Shown: piece by piece, positions 46,720 to 57,147 of the stretch
Layout: each line of letters starts with the position of its first letter
Numbering within the stretch: position 1 is the stretch's first letter
IMG/VR virus record: IMGVR_UViG_3300048599_000826
Location: 1 to 61,868 of that record
DNA length: 61,868 nucleotides
Source: a virus
Taxonomy: Duplodnaviria; Caudoviricetes
Strand: one strand, 5' to 3'
Made by a program: the position numbers and the translations under genes
The notes under the pieces: model-generated
Seen by the model: the letters and a program-made list of their open reading frames with translations, nothing else
Databases searched by the model: none
What the model was told of the DNA's origin: nothing

Positions 46720-47993
46720 GCAATCGCTGTCTTGCCTTCCAACACCCACTTCAGGTATTCCTGTCGATCATAACCTGACGCTTCAAGCAAGTCCGCCTGA
46801 GCGGTCACTAGCGCGTCTCGTAAGCCCGTTTCCGCTGACAGAAGTTCGTCAACATCCCTTACAGTTTCAGTCGCACTTAACATCGCCATCGCAACGTCCT
46901 TCTCTGAAGGTGCGGTCGACAGCTGTGGAGCCAACGCCGAGAGGCCGGTTTGGTCAGCCGGCAAAACGAAATGTGGCACCATCACAAAGGCCAATGAAAG
47001 CATTTCGACCTGCTTATGGTAGTCAGTCCGGTATCGATAAGCCGACACGAGCTTGACCTCGCAAATCGGTGTGCCACTCAACAAGATTTTGCATAACCAC
47101 TTTCCGAGAATGACCCCGAAATTCCCCGTAAGTTGATCTATATTTAGCTTTGCAATATCGCAATAAGGCTCGTCCTTCGTGAGCACTCCGGGCATCCTCA
47201 CACTCATCGCCTTATCAAATTCTGCATGGTCCCTCATGTTTTCACAGGTCGGTCCAATTAGTTTGACCAGCTCTTTAAGGCCGATAACTGAAGGATCAAT
47301 TTGAGTGGTGACAAACAACACCCATCGATTCGATTGGTACTGCACTTGGTATTTGAGCAGTTGGTCCAAGGCAGTGTAGATCGCCTCGGTCTTCTCGACG
47401 TCATCGCCTGGAACCAATGAATCACAGAGATCAAGGTTGATCGCGTCGTATGGACCTTCGCGTTTGAATTCGTGCCACGCTTTCGCATTTGATTTTCCGA
47501 TATCCTGAAATCGATGTGCCTTAACGCGGGAGCGTTTTGCGACGCGATCCCTCATGGTGAGAGCTGCTTCTCGCTTTTGGGACTGATCCTTCGACTTTGG
47601 ACTATTCAATGCCTCATTGAAGCCAAGAAACTGAAGTGTGCAATTTTCGTCATGCACAATGCCTACCGCAGTATGCAAGTCAAGGAGGTCATCGCCCGGC
47701 AATGTAAAGTACCTGACAACGCGGCCAGCAGTTTCCGCCACTGATTCGATTTCGGCGTCGCCACCATCATCCGGCGAGGTTGCTTCCGGCTGCGGCGACG
47801 CTGGCTTCCGCTTAATCTCCTGTATGAGTCGCAGGAGGCTCGCATTCCACTGCCGCACTCGAATGAAGTGCTTATGCGTCCGATGCCAAGGCTTGAAATC
47901 AGAAACCTTTGTAGGTTCAAGATGGGTAGGCACTTCACCCTGGACGATGTCACCTCCAAGATCAGATGGTTCACCCAAATCCGGTTTGCTCAT
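46716..47993 (-). CDS. hypothetical protein with SAM-dependent methyltransferase-like fold
   Basis: FKPWHR, YFTLPGDDLLD, GPYDAINLDLC; coupled to ATPase gene. Confidence 0.65.
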   Translation of the reverse strand: MSKPDLGEPSDLGGDIVQGEVPTHLEPTKVSDFKPWHRTHKHFIRVRQWNASLLRLIQEIKRKPASPQPEATSPDDGGDAEIESVAETAGRVVRYFTLPGDDLLDLHTAVGIVHDENCTLQFLGFNEALNSPKSKDQSQKREAALTMRDRVAKRSRVKAHRFQDIGKSNAKAWHEFKREGPYDAINLDLCDSLVPGDDVEKTEAIYTALDQLLKYQVQYQSNRWVLFVTTQIDPSVIGLKELVKLIGPTCENMRDHAEFDKAMSVRMPGVLTKDEPYCDIAKLNIDQLTGNFGVILGKWLCKILLSGTPICEVKLVSAYRYRTDYHKQVEMLSLAFVMVPHFVLPADQTGLSALAPQLSTAPSEKDVAMAMLSATETVRDVDELLSAETGLRDALVTAQADLLEASGYDRQEYLKWVLEGKTAIA

Positions 47994-49957
47994 TGTTCCC
48001 CCTCAAACAGCATCACTTCAGCTATTTCTCTGAGCAATTGCTCCTGTTGCTCATGCCTCAACTCCTTCAGCAATCCCCAAGTGGACAAAATTTGGGCGAC
48101 GGCAATCACTTTTTTCTCGACCAACGCGGCTCGCTCGTTACCCACACCAGTTCGTCTCTGCGCAACTGAGGTAGGTAACACTTCCGCGCGCCGAAACGCG
48201 AGCGCTCCATCGCGCCGCAACCTAGCAGCGTCCTTGCTGTCCTGATTTTCCGTTAGAAACTCGACTCGTGGCAGATCATCAACACCCCGCGACTCCAACA
48301 TTTCTGCGACTTTATTATCGAGCGCCTTGCGCGTAACTGTTCCCAGTTTTTTCAGTCGATCCGCTCGAACCGCCTTGCCCAGTTCTTTACTTTTATTCGC
48401 CAACTGCCTGATTGCTGAGTGAAGCCACTTCAAGACAAACTGATAGTGTGGGTGCGAATAGTTGAATGATTCCCGGTCCAGATTAATCGCCGCCTCAAAA
48501 CCCTCTTTTATGAAAATCTCAGCCGTTATTTGTCGAAGTCGAGTTTGCTCTGACACTGGGTAGCCCATAAATGTGCGGTCGAACAATGCGCCTGTAGCAT
48601 TTCCGACTCGAATCAATACACCTTGGTGCTGGGTCGGAACAACTTTTGGCGTCCAGAAGAGGTAAGCCTCAAACTCCAATGGTCCACCGGAAAGTTCTCG
48701 CGGCTTGCCTTTGAACTCCTCACGGCATGCACCGACAAACAAGAGGGGCGTTGTGAGCGCGGCAGTTCCCTTCGGCTGCGACTCAAAAACGATCGGTCGC
48801 GCAAGTTGGACTCCGTCGATTTCGACTCTGAACCCTCCATGCTTCCCGCCCGCGGTTAACTTCATCGCTGTCCGAGGCGTTTCTTTGCGCTTTAGAGAGA
48901 GTTGGGTCGATTGCCCGCGCAACGTATTACTTAAACGGAAGAACATTACATCGTCGTCTTCGAGGTCGAATGGATGGGACTGGAGGTAGTCTATTGGCGA
49001 GGCGAGGGCGAGGGTCCAGATTGTTTGAAGGTATCGGTCGCATAGCTTCTCTAGGTCGACCAACTCACGAACTGTGAACGCCTGTTCACGCACTGAATCA
49101 ACGAACGATCGAAATTTCTCCAAAGCGGCGCTAGTAACTTCCCATGGTGCAGACTCCTGCTCCAGCAGTTTTCCGGGATTCTTCAGATCGATGCGACCAA
49201 TATGGAATTTCGGAGGGTCGAGTTTCGTTTCGTGATCAATATCTTCTGGGTTCTGCTGATTTTGAAAATCGAGCCGCGCCCACCAGTCCATGCTCGCTAG
49301 TTCGGCCTTTGTACGAGGCAATAAATCGACTAATCTTATCTCTGTACCGTGTGACTCATACTCGTCTCTGGAAACTCGCTCCCGATAAATTCGGGCCTTT
49401 CCAGTTTCAATCTCCGGCTTATCGCTGCGGTCGTCCGTTTTTGCCTTTGTGATTCGTTCACCTTCGATCGCCCCAAGCGTGATGTCTGCCACTGTACGGT
49501 ACTTGTCATTTTTCTGTTTCGTGATTACTACAAAGTGCCGTGTAAATTGAGCGACGGCAAAGAGGCCGATCCCAAGTTTCCCGATAAGTTTTCGACCCTT
49601 CCTACTGAAGTTTGTGTTGACTGCTGTGATGTTGAGGTCTTTACCATCGGTGGTTCGCTTGGCACTACCGCCGATGTTCTTCAGCATGTGAGCTAGCGTA
49701 TTGGCGGACATTCCATCGCCATCATCGCGAACGGTAATGGACTCGAATTGCGGTGCATCGGTGAGGATGATGACCTCTGTTGCGTCGGCATCGTACGCAT
49801 TAGAGATGAGTTCGCGAAGTGCAGAAGCGGGTTGCCGGTAGATACCGTCCGTGATTCGTGCTAACACGCGTTCGTTGGTGGTAAGCGTTGTGTTTACCGG
49901 TTCGTCATCCGTGGATGCTGCGATTCTAGCGGAAAGGTCTTTTTCGTCCTTTGTCAT
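47990..49957 (-). CDS. GHKL (MORC/MutL/Hsp90-like) ATPase
   Basis: ALRELISNAYDA, DDGDGM, GKLGIG, HGTEI. Confidence 0.9.
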   Translation of the reverse strand: MTKDEKDLSARIAASTDDEPVNTTLTTNERVLARITDGIYRQPASALRELISNAYDADATEVIILTDAPQFESITVRDDGDGMSANTLAHMLKNIGGSAKRTTDGKDLNITAVNTNFSRKGRKLIGKLGIGLFAVAQFTRHFVVITKQKNDKYRTVADITLGAIEGERITKAKTDDRSDKPEIETGKARIYRERVSRDEYESHGTEIRLVDLLPRTKAELASMDWWARLDFQNQQNPEDIDHETKLDPPKFHIGRIDLKNPGKLLEQESAPWEVTSAALEKFRSFVDSVREQAFTVRELVDLEKLCDRYLQTIWTLALASPIDYLQSHPFDLEDDDVMFFRLSNTLRGQSTQLSLKRKETPRTAMKLTAGGKHGGFRVEIDGVQLARPIVFESQPKGTAALTTPLLFVGACREEFKGKPRELSGGPLEFEAYLFWTPKVVPTQHQGVLIRVGNATGALFDRTFMGYPVSEQTRLRQITAEIFIKEGFEAAINLDRESFNYSHPHYQFVLKWLHSAIRQLANKSKELGKAVRADRLKKLGTVTRKALDNKVAEMLESRGVDDLPRVEFLTENQDSKDAARLRRDGALAFRRAEVLPTSVAQRRTGVGNERAALVEKKVIAVAQILSTWGLLKELRHEQQEQLLREIAEVMLFEGEQ

Positions 49958-51021
49958 TTGCGCTCCGGTACCTGATCCAGAATTGCCGCCATCACGGCTT
50001 GCGCAAGTTGCGGGGGCACGGCATTAGTCACCTGTTCCATTTGATTGGCGAACGATCCGTAAACCCGAAAGCTGTCCGGAAAACCTTGGAGTCGACATGC
50101 TTCGCGCACGGTGATGCTCCTCGGCTCTGAAAAATGTGCGGGCGGTGCCCTATGGCCAGAGAATAGAGTATTGGACTGGCGGGTGGGATGAAGCCGCCTG
50201 TAAGACATTGGTCCGCTTCCGGGAGCGATCTTAGAAATCTTCAATTTGACAGCGTTGGAGTGGCGCATTGAAAAATGATTGGAGACCGTGCCGTCATCCT
50301 CGTCATCGATGTATTTTGTTGGTCTCTCCTGGGCGTGCGGAAGACCAGCGAGCGCACTTGCAACCGTGACCGTCGGCCTATGAAATTGACGAACGACGTC
50401 GACTACTCGATCCTTATCGATGCGTGTTTCGGTGACCAGGAAGAACGCACGCATTCTTTTTTGTGCGATACCAAAATCTGAGGCATTAAGAACCATGTGT
50501 GTGACGCAATAGCCGCCGTCTCGTAGAACACCTTCAAACTTGCCGACTCGGTTTCCATTCTTGGCCGCCATCAGCATGGACACATTTTCCACAAGCGCAA
50601 AATTTGGCCTCAGAAAAGTAACCGCTCGAGCCACCGCGACTAATACTTGATTTCGTGGATCGGCGGGATCGCGAGAGCCAGCCGCGGAAAAGCCTTGGCA
50701 AGGTGGCCCAGAAATCAAGCCGCGTCGCGAGGCCTTGGGCGCACAGTTCAACAACTTCCGACAAGTATCTAGTTGTTTTGATGAACGAACGCTCCCGAGA
50801 ATCGCATGCGCGCGCGGGAAATTTCTGGAAAACGTCCGCAAAGCAGTAGCATTCACATCGATTCCCGCCAGCACCTTCATTCCCGCCTGCTGTGCAGCCC
50901 AAGTAAGGCCGCCCATTCCGCAACAAAGATCGATGACGTGCGGCTGCGACGGAACGATACCGGTTTCCATTTCGCTTTGCCCTGCCGATGATGAAGTGAC
51001 GACCCGCGCTGGTTCTTCCAC
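49954..51021 (-). CDS. dcm: C5-cytosine DNA methyltransferase
   Basis: DLCCGMGG, GPPCQGFS, ENV, QKRMR, REACRLQGF, NAVPP. Confidence 0.95.
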   Translation of the reverse strand: MEEPARVVTSSSAGQSEMETGIVPSQPHVIDLCCGMGGLTWAAQQAGMKVLAGIDVNATALRTFSRNFPRAHAILGSVRSSKQLDTCRKLLNCAPKASRRGLISGPPCQGFSAAGSRDPADPRNQVLVAVARAVTFLRPNFALVENVSMLMAAKNGNRVGKFEGVLRDGGYCVTHMVLNASDFGIAQKRMRAFFLVTETRIDKDRVVDVVRQFHRPTVTVASALAGLPHAQERPTKYIDDEDDGTVSNHFSMRHSNAVKLKISKIAPGSGPMSYRRLHPTRQSNTLFSGHRAPPAHFSEPRSITVREACRLQGFPDSFRVYGSFANQMEQVTNAVPPQLAQAVMAAILDQVPERK

Positions 51022-51486
51022 TACCCAAAGCTCCTTTAGGCCGTTTCATTGGACTGTATCTGATGAGTGACGGTCCCACAACGACATCATTAAGTGCTCG
51101 CCTTCGCCGAACGAGATCGTGTCAAACGATTCTGCGCGTTTGATCTCGACGCGCTTCCAAGCCAAGAGGTCGGCGGCGCACCGACTGTCGTGACAATTCT
51201 CCCTCGTGGGCTCAACCTCCACAATCTTGAACCTACGACAGGTAAGGCGACCTCGCAACGAAATATCAAATCTGTGACAACATGGGTGGGAGCGACCCGC
51301 GACCGTCCGACCACTCCGCCCCGCGGAAGCAGGAACGAGGGTTGAGAGTGAAGGGATGAAGGTTTGGCGTCCGAGTATCTGCGGCTGTGGCGGAGGTTTT
51401 GTCGGCAATGGACGGCAGCCCTCGTTGTAGCTGCCGGGCAACTGCAGGATGGAGATCACAGCGCAATAGCTGGAGGCCTTCAATCA

Positions 51487-52815
51487 TCAAGCCAAAACTT
51501 CAACCGCAACTCGATTATCCACATCGTCGCGCTTCGCTCTATCGTGTCCCTCGCCGCCGTCAATAAAGTCCGCATTCCGCTCGCCATCGAAAACATCGTC
51601 GCCCGCGCCGCCATAAAGACGGTCGTTGGCGTTTCCGCCGACAAGCGTATCGTTGCCGGCTTCACCGTAGAGACGATCGCCGTGGCTGTGGCCCACGATC
51701 ACATCGTCTCCGCTCCCGCCGTAGAGACGGTCATTTCCGCCATGGCCGTATAGTCGGTCATGCCCTCCGTGACCGTTGATTCGATCGTTGCCACCGTTGC
51801 CGGAAAGCGTGTCTTTGCCGGACGCGCCAGAGAGAGTGTCGTTTCCAGTCCCGCCGGTGACGCTGTCGTTGCCCTTCCCGGCCTCGATCTGACATGGTTG
51901 GGAGAGGGAAGCGCAGTCGATGATATCGTTCCCATCCCCTCCGAAGACCTCAACACGCTTCACCTTCGAGAAAGCAAAAGCAGCCCCGGCGCCGTTAACG
52001 GTCGCGCTCACACGCAGGACGCCCCTCACGGTGGCTCGTGTGACCATGATCTTGTCGTTGCCGCCTGTTCCGGTAACGCTCAGCACACCGCCGGTGAGTG
52101 TGGCCACTGGCGGCGGGACGGGAATGGTCCCGGTGGCGGCGCGGTTCAGCACCTCATTCCATCCGCCATCCTGGGTGCCCGCGGGCAGCGCGTTCTGCCA
52201 GTTCCACCCGAGTTGCGTCACGCGCCCCTCGCCGACCGCGATCGTCGTCACGGCGGGCTGGTCGCCCTGATATCGGTACGGCATCTTCGTGCCGGCCGGG
52301 TAGCCGGCACTGAGAAGGAAAGTGTCGTCATTGTTGGGGAGCGTCGCCGGCCCCCCGGAGAATGGTGTCCCAGTCGCTTCGGACTCATCGAGCGTGATCG
52401 GCGCACCCGACTCGTAGTATTGGAATCCGATGGTCCATCCGAAGATATCGTTGAGGAGTTTGCTGTTTCGGAGCGACCCTCGAACGTCGCCGGCGCTGAT
52501 CAAGTCGCCGCCGGCAGTCACGAACTCACGGATCGCGTCATTGCCGCCGAAACTGTAAAGCCCGGCACGGAGATCGCCGTAGATCAGGCTCGGCAGCACG
52601 AGGGCATCGGCTCCGGCAAGTGAAGCGGCGGTCGAGAAGATGAACTCGTTGGCGGAGGGGATCGTGCGAACGGTGTGCCCTGCCGCTTCGAGAACGATGC
52701 GGAGGTTGTCTGCGGACGAAGCCGGCAGATCCCGCGTGTCCACATAGGCCGGATCATCGAAGAGTGCGATGACGGCAAGTAAGCGGCGCGGCTCAAGCGA
52801 ATCAATGAGGTGCAT
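51487..52815 (-). CDS. planctomycete LEPR-XLL protein with hemolysin-type Ca-binding repeats
   Basis: IDSLEPRRLLA N-motif; many GGxGND nonapeptides. Confidence 0.88.
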   Translation of the reverse strand: MHLIDSLEPRRLLAVIALFDDPAYVDTRDLPASSADNLRIVLEAAGHTVRTIPSANEFIFSTAASLAGADALVLPSLIYGDLRAGLYSFGGNDAIREFVTAGGDLISAGDVRGSLRNSKLLNDIFGWTIGFQYYESGAPITLDESEATGTPFSGGPATLPNNDDTFLLSAGYPAGTKMPYRYQGDQPAVTTIAVGEGRVTQLGWNWQNALPAGTQDGGWNEVLNRAATGTIPVPPPVATLTGGVLSVTGTGGNDKIMVTRATVRGVLRVSATVNGAGAAFAFSKVKRVEVFGGDGNDIIDCASLSQPCQIEAGKGNDSVTGGTGNDTLSGASGKDTLSGNGGNDRINGHGGHDRLYGHGGNDRLYGGSGDDVIVGHSHGDRLYGEAGNDTLVGGNANDRLYGGAGDDVFDGERNADFIDGGEGHDRAKRDDVDNRVAVEVLA

Positions 52816-52847
52816 GGCTTCTCCGTCTGTCGAGGTAGAGAACGACT

Positions 52848-53285
52848 TCACTTGTTGGTCTGGGTCTGCGTATTAGCTGAGCCGCCAAAGGCGCTGGAGC
52901 GCATCGCGGTGTCGCTCGTCTGGTCGCTGAACTCGTAGTCCCGGACGACGTCGCTGGCGTCCACGATCACCTGAAGGTTCTGGGTTCGCGCGGTTTGCCG
53001 ATCCGTGGCGGGGATGAGGCCGCCGACGAACGGGATCAGTCGCTTGCCGTCAAACTGGTAGTTCGTCTGGTGGCTGGCGTAGACGAGCATCCGGCGACCG
53101 TCGCCCATCATCTGCGTTGCGATCGGCTGGCCAAGCCGGTCGATGACTTCCTGCCGGGTGGTGACGCCCTTCTGAATGGAGTTGACGGCATTCTGATCCA
53201 GCTTGGGGCCGGTGCTGGTCGAGGTGCTCGTGCAGCCGGACAGGAGAATCAGGCAGACAAAGGACGAGAACATTCGTAACGACAT
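52848..53285 (-). CDS. SmpA/BamE-like lipoprotein
   Basis: Lipobox LSGC; IQKGVTTRQEVIDRLGQP. Confidence 0.8.
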   Translation of the reverse strand: MSLRMFSSFVCLILLSGCTSTSTSTGPKLDQNAVNSIQKGVTTRQEVIDRLGQPIATQMMGDGRRMLVYASHQTNYQFDGKRLIPFVGGLIPATDRQTARTQNLQVIVDASDVVRDYEFSDQTSDTAMRSSAFGGSANTQTQTNK

Positions 53286-53354
53286 GTCATTCCCTCCCAA
53301 TACGCTTGTACCCGTGATGGGCACAACCGCAGCGGATCGTAGCCTGTCCCCGTC

Positions 53355-53606
53355 TTGGGTGCAAGAGCATTACATCGTCCCGCCTATCGGAAGTTCTGTG
53401 CCCTATTGCGCGACTGGCGCGAGCAGGCGGGCCTTACGCAACGGCAACTCGCGGAGAAGCTCGGCAAGCCGCACTCGTTCGTTCATAAATCGGAGATCGG
53501 CGAACGGCGAATCGATCCGCTGGAGTTCGTCGACATCTGCAAAGCGCTGAACCTTGATCCTGCCAAGATGCTGACCAGCGCCGTTCGCAAACAATCCAAA
53601 TCGTGA
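53355..53606 (+). CDS. Xre HTH regulator
   Basis: REQAGLTQRQLAEKLGKPHSFVHKSEIGERRID. Confidence 0.85.
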   Translation: MGARALHRPAYRKFCALLRDWREQAGLTQRQLAEKLGKPHSFVHKSEIGERRIDPLEFVDICKALNLDPAKMLTSAVRKQSKS

Positions 53607-53922
53607 GTTGTTGAAATCATCTGGACGATGATGAAGCGCCACCGGTTTTTGTTGAATCTTCAGACAGTTGGTTGGTGTGACTCGATTACAGAAACAAAAA
53701 TGCCGCTCGTTGGCTCGGCAGGGGGACCGAGCCGGGGATACGAGCGGCGGGTGGAATGATACGTTCAGTGCCTCCAATGGCAAGACAATCCCGACCGAGC
53801 GACACACGCTTCAAGTGTGCGGCAATCCGGGTAGCGTTCGTCGTACCTTGTTCCACAAGTGTCACAGGATTCCGATCGGCTTTGGATTGATGCCAAGTGT
53901 CGTCGCGGCGCACTGCCGCGTG

Positions 53923-54138
53923 CTATCCCAGGATGCTCCGGTCAATCACGTAGCGCGGTTTTCCCGGTTCGGGTTGAACCGCCTCGCGGATGTCGATCAG
54001 GTGCTTCTCGATCCGTCCGAGACGACGAATCACGTCCGCGAGCTTTTCCTCCACCGTGACCGGTATCGGCCGCTTCGCACGACCATCGGGCCGCTGCGGT
54101 GGTGGACTTGGTTGTTGTGGCGGATGGTGGAAGCTCAT
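53923..54138 (-). CDS. small hypothetical protein
   Basis: Follows coiled-coil gene on same strand. Confidence 0.45.
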   Translation of the reverse strand: MSFHHPPQQPSPPPQRPDGRAKRPIPVTVEEKLADVIRRLGRIEKHLIDIREAVQPEPGKPRYVIDRSILG

Positions 54139-54144
54139 GGCTCT

Positions 54145-54393
54145 TTAATTGAACTGGAATCCGATCTTGGTCGCGATCTGGCGCAGCTTGTCCTCGAGGA
54201 TGCTGATCCGTTGGTCCTGGCCCGTGATGAGGAACTCGAGACGGTCCATCCGCTGTTCGATCGAATCGAGCCGTCGATCCACTCGGTCAAATCGCTGATG
54301 GATCTCGCTCAGTTGATTCGTCAGGTGCTCGAAGCCGCGGCCGACGATGACCACGAGTTCCTCGATCTGCTCCTCGGTGCTCATTCTGGGCAT
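54145..54393 (-). CDS. small coiled-coil protein
   Basis: RFDRVDRRLDSIEQRMDRLE heptads. Confidence 0.65.
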   Translation of the reverse strand: MPRMSTEEQIEELVVIVGRGFEHLTNQLSEIHQRFDRVDRRLDSIEQRMDRLEFLITGQDQRISILEDKLRQIATKIGFQFN

Positions 54394-54692
54394 GGTGATG
54401 ATTGATGACTGGTAATGCCTCCATTCTATCACAGGCCGAGCAAGCACTCGCGCGACGACACGGGCTGCTCTATAATGAATCGGTCTGCATCGCTGTCCTC
54501 TCTGACGATCGGCCCCGTCTCCATTGCCTCGACGACTCCAGACCAGCGGCATGTCGTCGATCGCGTCCAAGCCTCCACACCACGACGCAGGGGCGAACGA
54601 CGCGCGAAGGACGCGCATCCTTTGTCGGAGTGGGGACGTGCCCGGGCATCAGGATCTCGCATCATGCCTGCGCTCGGCATATCTGTTTCGTC

Positions 54693-55970
54693 ATGGAAGA
54701 GGATTTCATTCAACTGGGCACGTTCGAGCAATGGGGGAATCGTCATCCCTTCGGCTTGCTGCGCGCCGATCGCCGGCAACATCTCTATGTGGTCGGCAAG
54801 AGCGGGACGGGGAAGTCCACCTTGCTTAAGAACCTCCTGATTCAGGCGATCGAATCGGGCGAGGGCGTCGCATTGATTGACCCGCACGGCGATTTGTCGC
54901 TGGAGCTATTGGACGCGATTCCGCCTTGGCGGACCGACCACGTCGTCTATTTCGACGCGGCGGATGCCGAGCATCCGATCGGGCTGAATCTGCTTTTGAC
55001 CAAAACGGAACACGAGCGGCACCTGGTCGTCTCGGGCATCGTCGGCGCGTTCAAAGGGATCTGGGGGGACTCCTGGGGGCCGCGCCTCGAATACCTGCTG
55101 GCCAATACCTTGTCCGCCTTGCTGCACGCGCAGAATGTCAGCCTGCTCGGCGTGCCGCGCCTGCTGACCGACGAGCGCTATCGCGACTGGGTCGTGCGGC
55201 AAATCACCGACCCGGTCGTCCTGCGCTTCTGGCAACAGGAGTACGAAAGCTGGGACCAGCGGCAGCGAACCGAGGCCGCGAATCCCATCCTCAACAAGGT
55301 CGGCCGGCTGCTGACCTCGCCGCTGACCCGCAACATCCTGGGGCAGGTGAAGAGCCGCATCGACGCCGAGTTCATCATGAACCATCGGCGGATCCTCATC
55401 GCCAACCTGTCCAAGGGACGCATCGGCGCTGACCACGCGAACCTGCTGGGCGCTTTGCTCGTCGCCCAGTTCCAACTTGCGGCATTGCGGCGGGCCGGGC
55501 AATCCGAGCAGGAACGCGTCGACTTCAGTCTCGTGGTGGATGAGTGGCACAACTTCGTGACCGAGGATTTTGCGCACATCCTGAGCGAGGCCCGCAAGTA
55601 CAGACTCGGAATCGTCCTCGCCGGCCAGTTCATCGCCCAGACGCAGCCGACCCTGCGCGACGCCGTCTTCGGCAACGTCGGCACCATCCTCTCATTCCGA
55701 GTCGGGGAGTCGGATGCGACGATGCTGGCGCGGGAGTTCGGCAATGATTTCACCACCGAACACTTCACCGATCTCGACAACCACGTCGTCTGCATCAAAG
55801 GGTTAGAGGACGGCCGGCAGCGGGTGCCGTTCGTCGCCAGAACGCTGCCACCCGTCGGGAACCACTACGGGTGCCGCGAGAACCTAATCCGCCGCTCGCG
55901 CGAGCGCTTCGCTACGCCGCGAGCAATGGTGCAAGACAAGATCGCCCGCTGGTTCTCATCCCATCGCTGA
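54693..55970 (+). CDS. type IV coupling protein-like (TraD/TrwB/DUF87) ATPase, no TM anchor
   Basis: DRRQHLYVVGKSGTGKS, IDPHGD, VVDEWHNF, SEARKY. Confidence 0.88.
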   Translation: MEEDFIQLGTFEQWGNRHPFGLLRADRRQHLYVVGKSGTGKSTLLKNLLIQAIESGEGVALIDPHGDLSLELLDAIPPWRTDHVVYFDAADAEHPIGLNLLLTKTEHERHLVVSGIVGAFKGIWGDSWGPRLEYLLANTLSALLHAQNVSLLGVPRLLTDERYRDWVVRQITDPVVLRFWQQEYESWDQRQRTEAANPILNKVGRLLTSPLTRNILGQVKSRIDAEFIMNHRRILIANLSKGRIGADHANLLGALLVAQFQLAALRRAGQSEQERVDFSLVVDEWHNFVTEDFAHILSEARKYRLGIVLAGQFIAQTQPTLRDAVFGNVGTILSFRVGESDATMLAREFGNDFTTEHFTDLDNHVVCIKGLEDGRQRVPFVARTLPPVGNHYGCRENLIRRSRERFATPRAMVQDKIARWFSSHR

Positions 55971-56185
55971 GCACGTGCTGTCCCTTCACGGCAGAATTGA
56001 ACGTGCATATGCGGAAGCATCGCAGCGCTCGCATCGCACCCGTCCCTTCTCGCGCCGTCACCTTCGCCCCTTGCGCGTGGTTCCGACTCGTGATTTGCTG
56101 ATGGTGGAAGCACACACCCGCACGTTCCTGATCTCGTGATCTAGCGCCTGTTCCTTGTCATCCCCAATCCGAAAGGAGTCTCGAC

Positions 56186-57052
56186 ATGGCGAGTCCCACC
56201 CGCCGTCAGCGTGCTGGCACACGTTTGCCAGCGCCACAGCCCCCATCGTTCGCACAGTTGCTCGTCGAGGCCGTCAACACGCCCGGCGTCCTCAGCAGCG
56301 CGTACGAAGCGTTCTGGAACTACTCGATCGGCAACCAGTTGATCGCCCTCTTCGAATGCCACAGACGCGGCATGGCGCCCGGGCCCATCCACACCTTCAA
56401 AGGTTGGATCAAGCTCGGACGACAGGTCCGCCGCGGCGAGAAGGCGATCGAACTGTGCATGCCGGTTTCGTGGGCGGTGAAAGCCGATCCGCAACCGCGG
56501 TCGCAGCCCGACGAACAAGCCGCGGAACCGGTCCTGGTCCGACGGCGCTTCATCTTCAAACCGCATTGGTTCGTGCTCGCGCAAACGGATGGATCGGAGT
56601 ACGTTCCGCTTGCGATCCCCGCCTGGGAGGAAACACTGGCACTGAGCACGCTCCTGATGGAGAAGATTCCCTTCACGCTCGTGAACGGCAACGCGCAGGG
56701 ATACGCCCAGGCCCGACAGGTGGCGGTCTCGCCCGTGGCCCATCTTCCGCACCGCACGCTGATCCACGAGATCGCCCACATCGTCCTCGGCCACACCACC
56801 GAGATCGCGAGCCTGGTCGATCACGAGGAGCGGACGCCTCGCGAACTTCGTGAGGTCGAAGCCGAGTCGGTCGCGTACTTGGTGACCCAGTCCCTGGGTC
56901 TGCCCGGCGAGGCCTTCAGCCGCGGTTACCTTCAGCACTGGCTGGCAGGTGAGCAGATCTCCGAGCGCTCCGCGCACAAGATCTTCCACGCCGCCGACCA
57001 GATCCTCAAAGCCGGTCGGCCCAAACCGATCGACGAACCTTCCCACGCCTGA
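56186..57052 (+). CDS. ArdC-like ssDNA-binding antirestriction protein
   Basis: YSIGNQL, W.KLGRQVRRGEKA, HEIAH, EVEAES. Confidence 0.85.
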   Translation: MASPTRRQRAGTRLPAPQPPSFAQLLVEAVNTPGVLSSAYEAFWNYSIGNQLIALFECHRRGMAPGPIHTFKGWIKLGRQVRRGEKAIELCMPVSWAVKADPQPRSQPDEQAAEPVLVRRRFIFKPHWFVLAQTDGSEYVPLAIPAWEETLALSTLLMEKIPFTLVNGNAQGYAQARQVAVSPVAHLPHRTLIHEIAHIVLGHTTEIASLVDHEERTPRELREVEAESVAYLVTQSLGLPGEAFSRGYLQHWLAGEQISERSAHKIFHAADQILKAGRPKPIDEPSHA

Positions 57053-57147
57053 GCTGTTTCACACTTTCAACCGTTGTGATGCGCACCGATTTCCGATCGC
57101 CCGTCGTGTGACGGGTCGGGAGAGCGTGCGCGCCCAACCAAAGGAGA

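Noticed and set aside
51487-52815. RTX toxin system
   Set aside because: Ca-binding repeats with LEPR-XLL are common planctomycete extracellular proteins; no T1SS or acyltransferase nearby.
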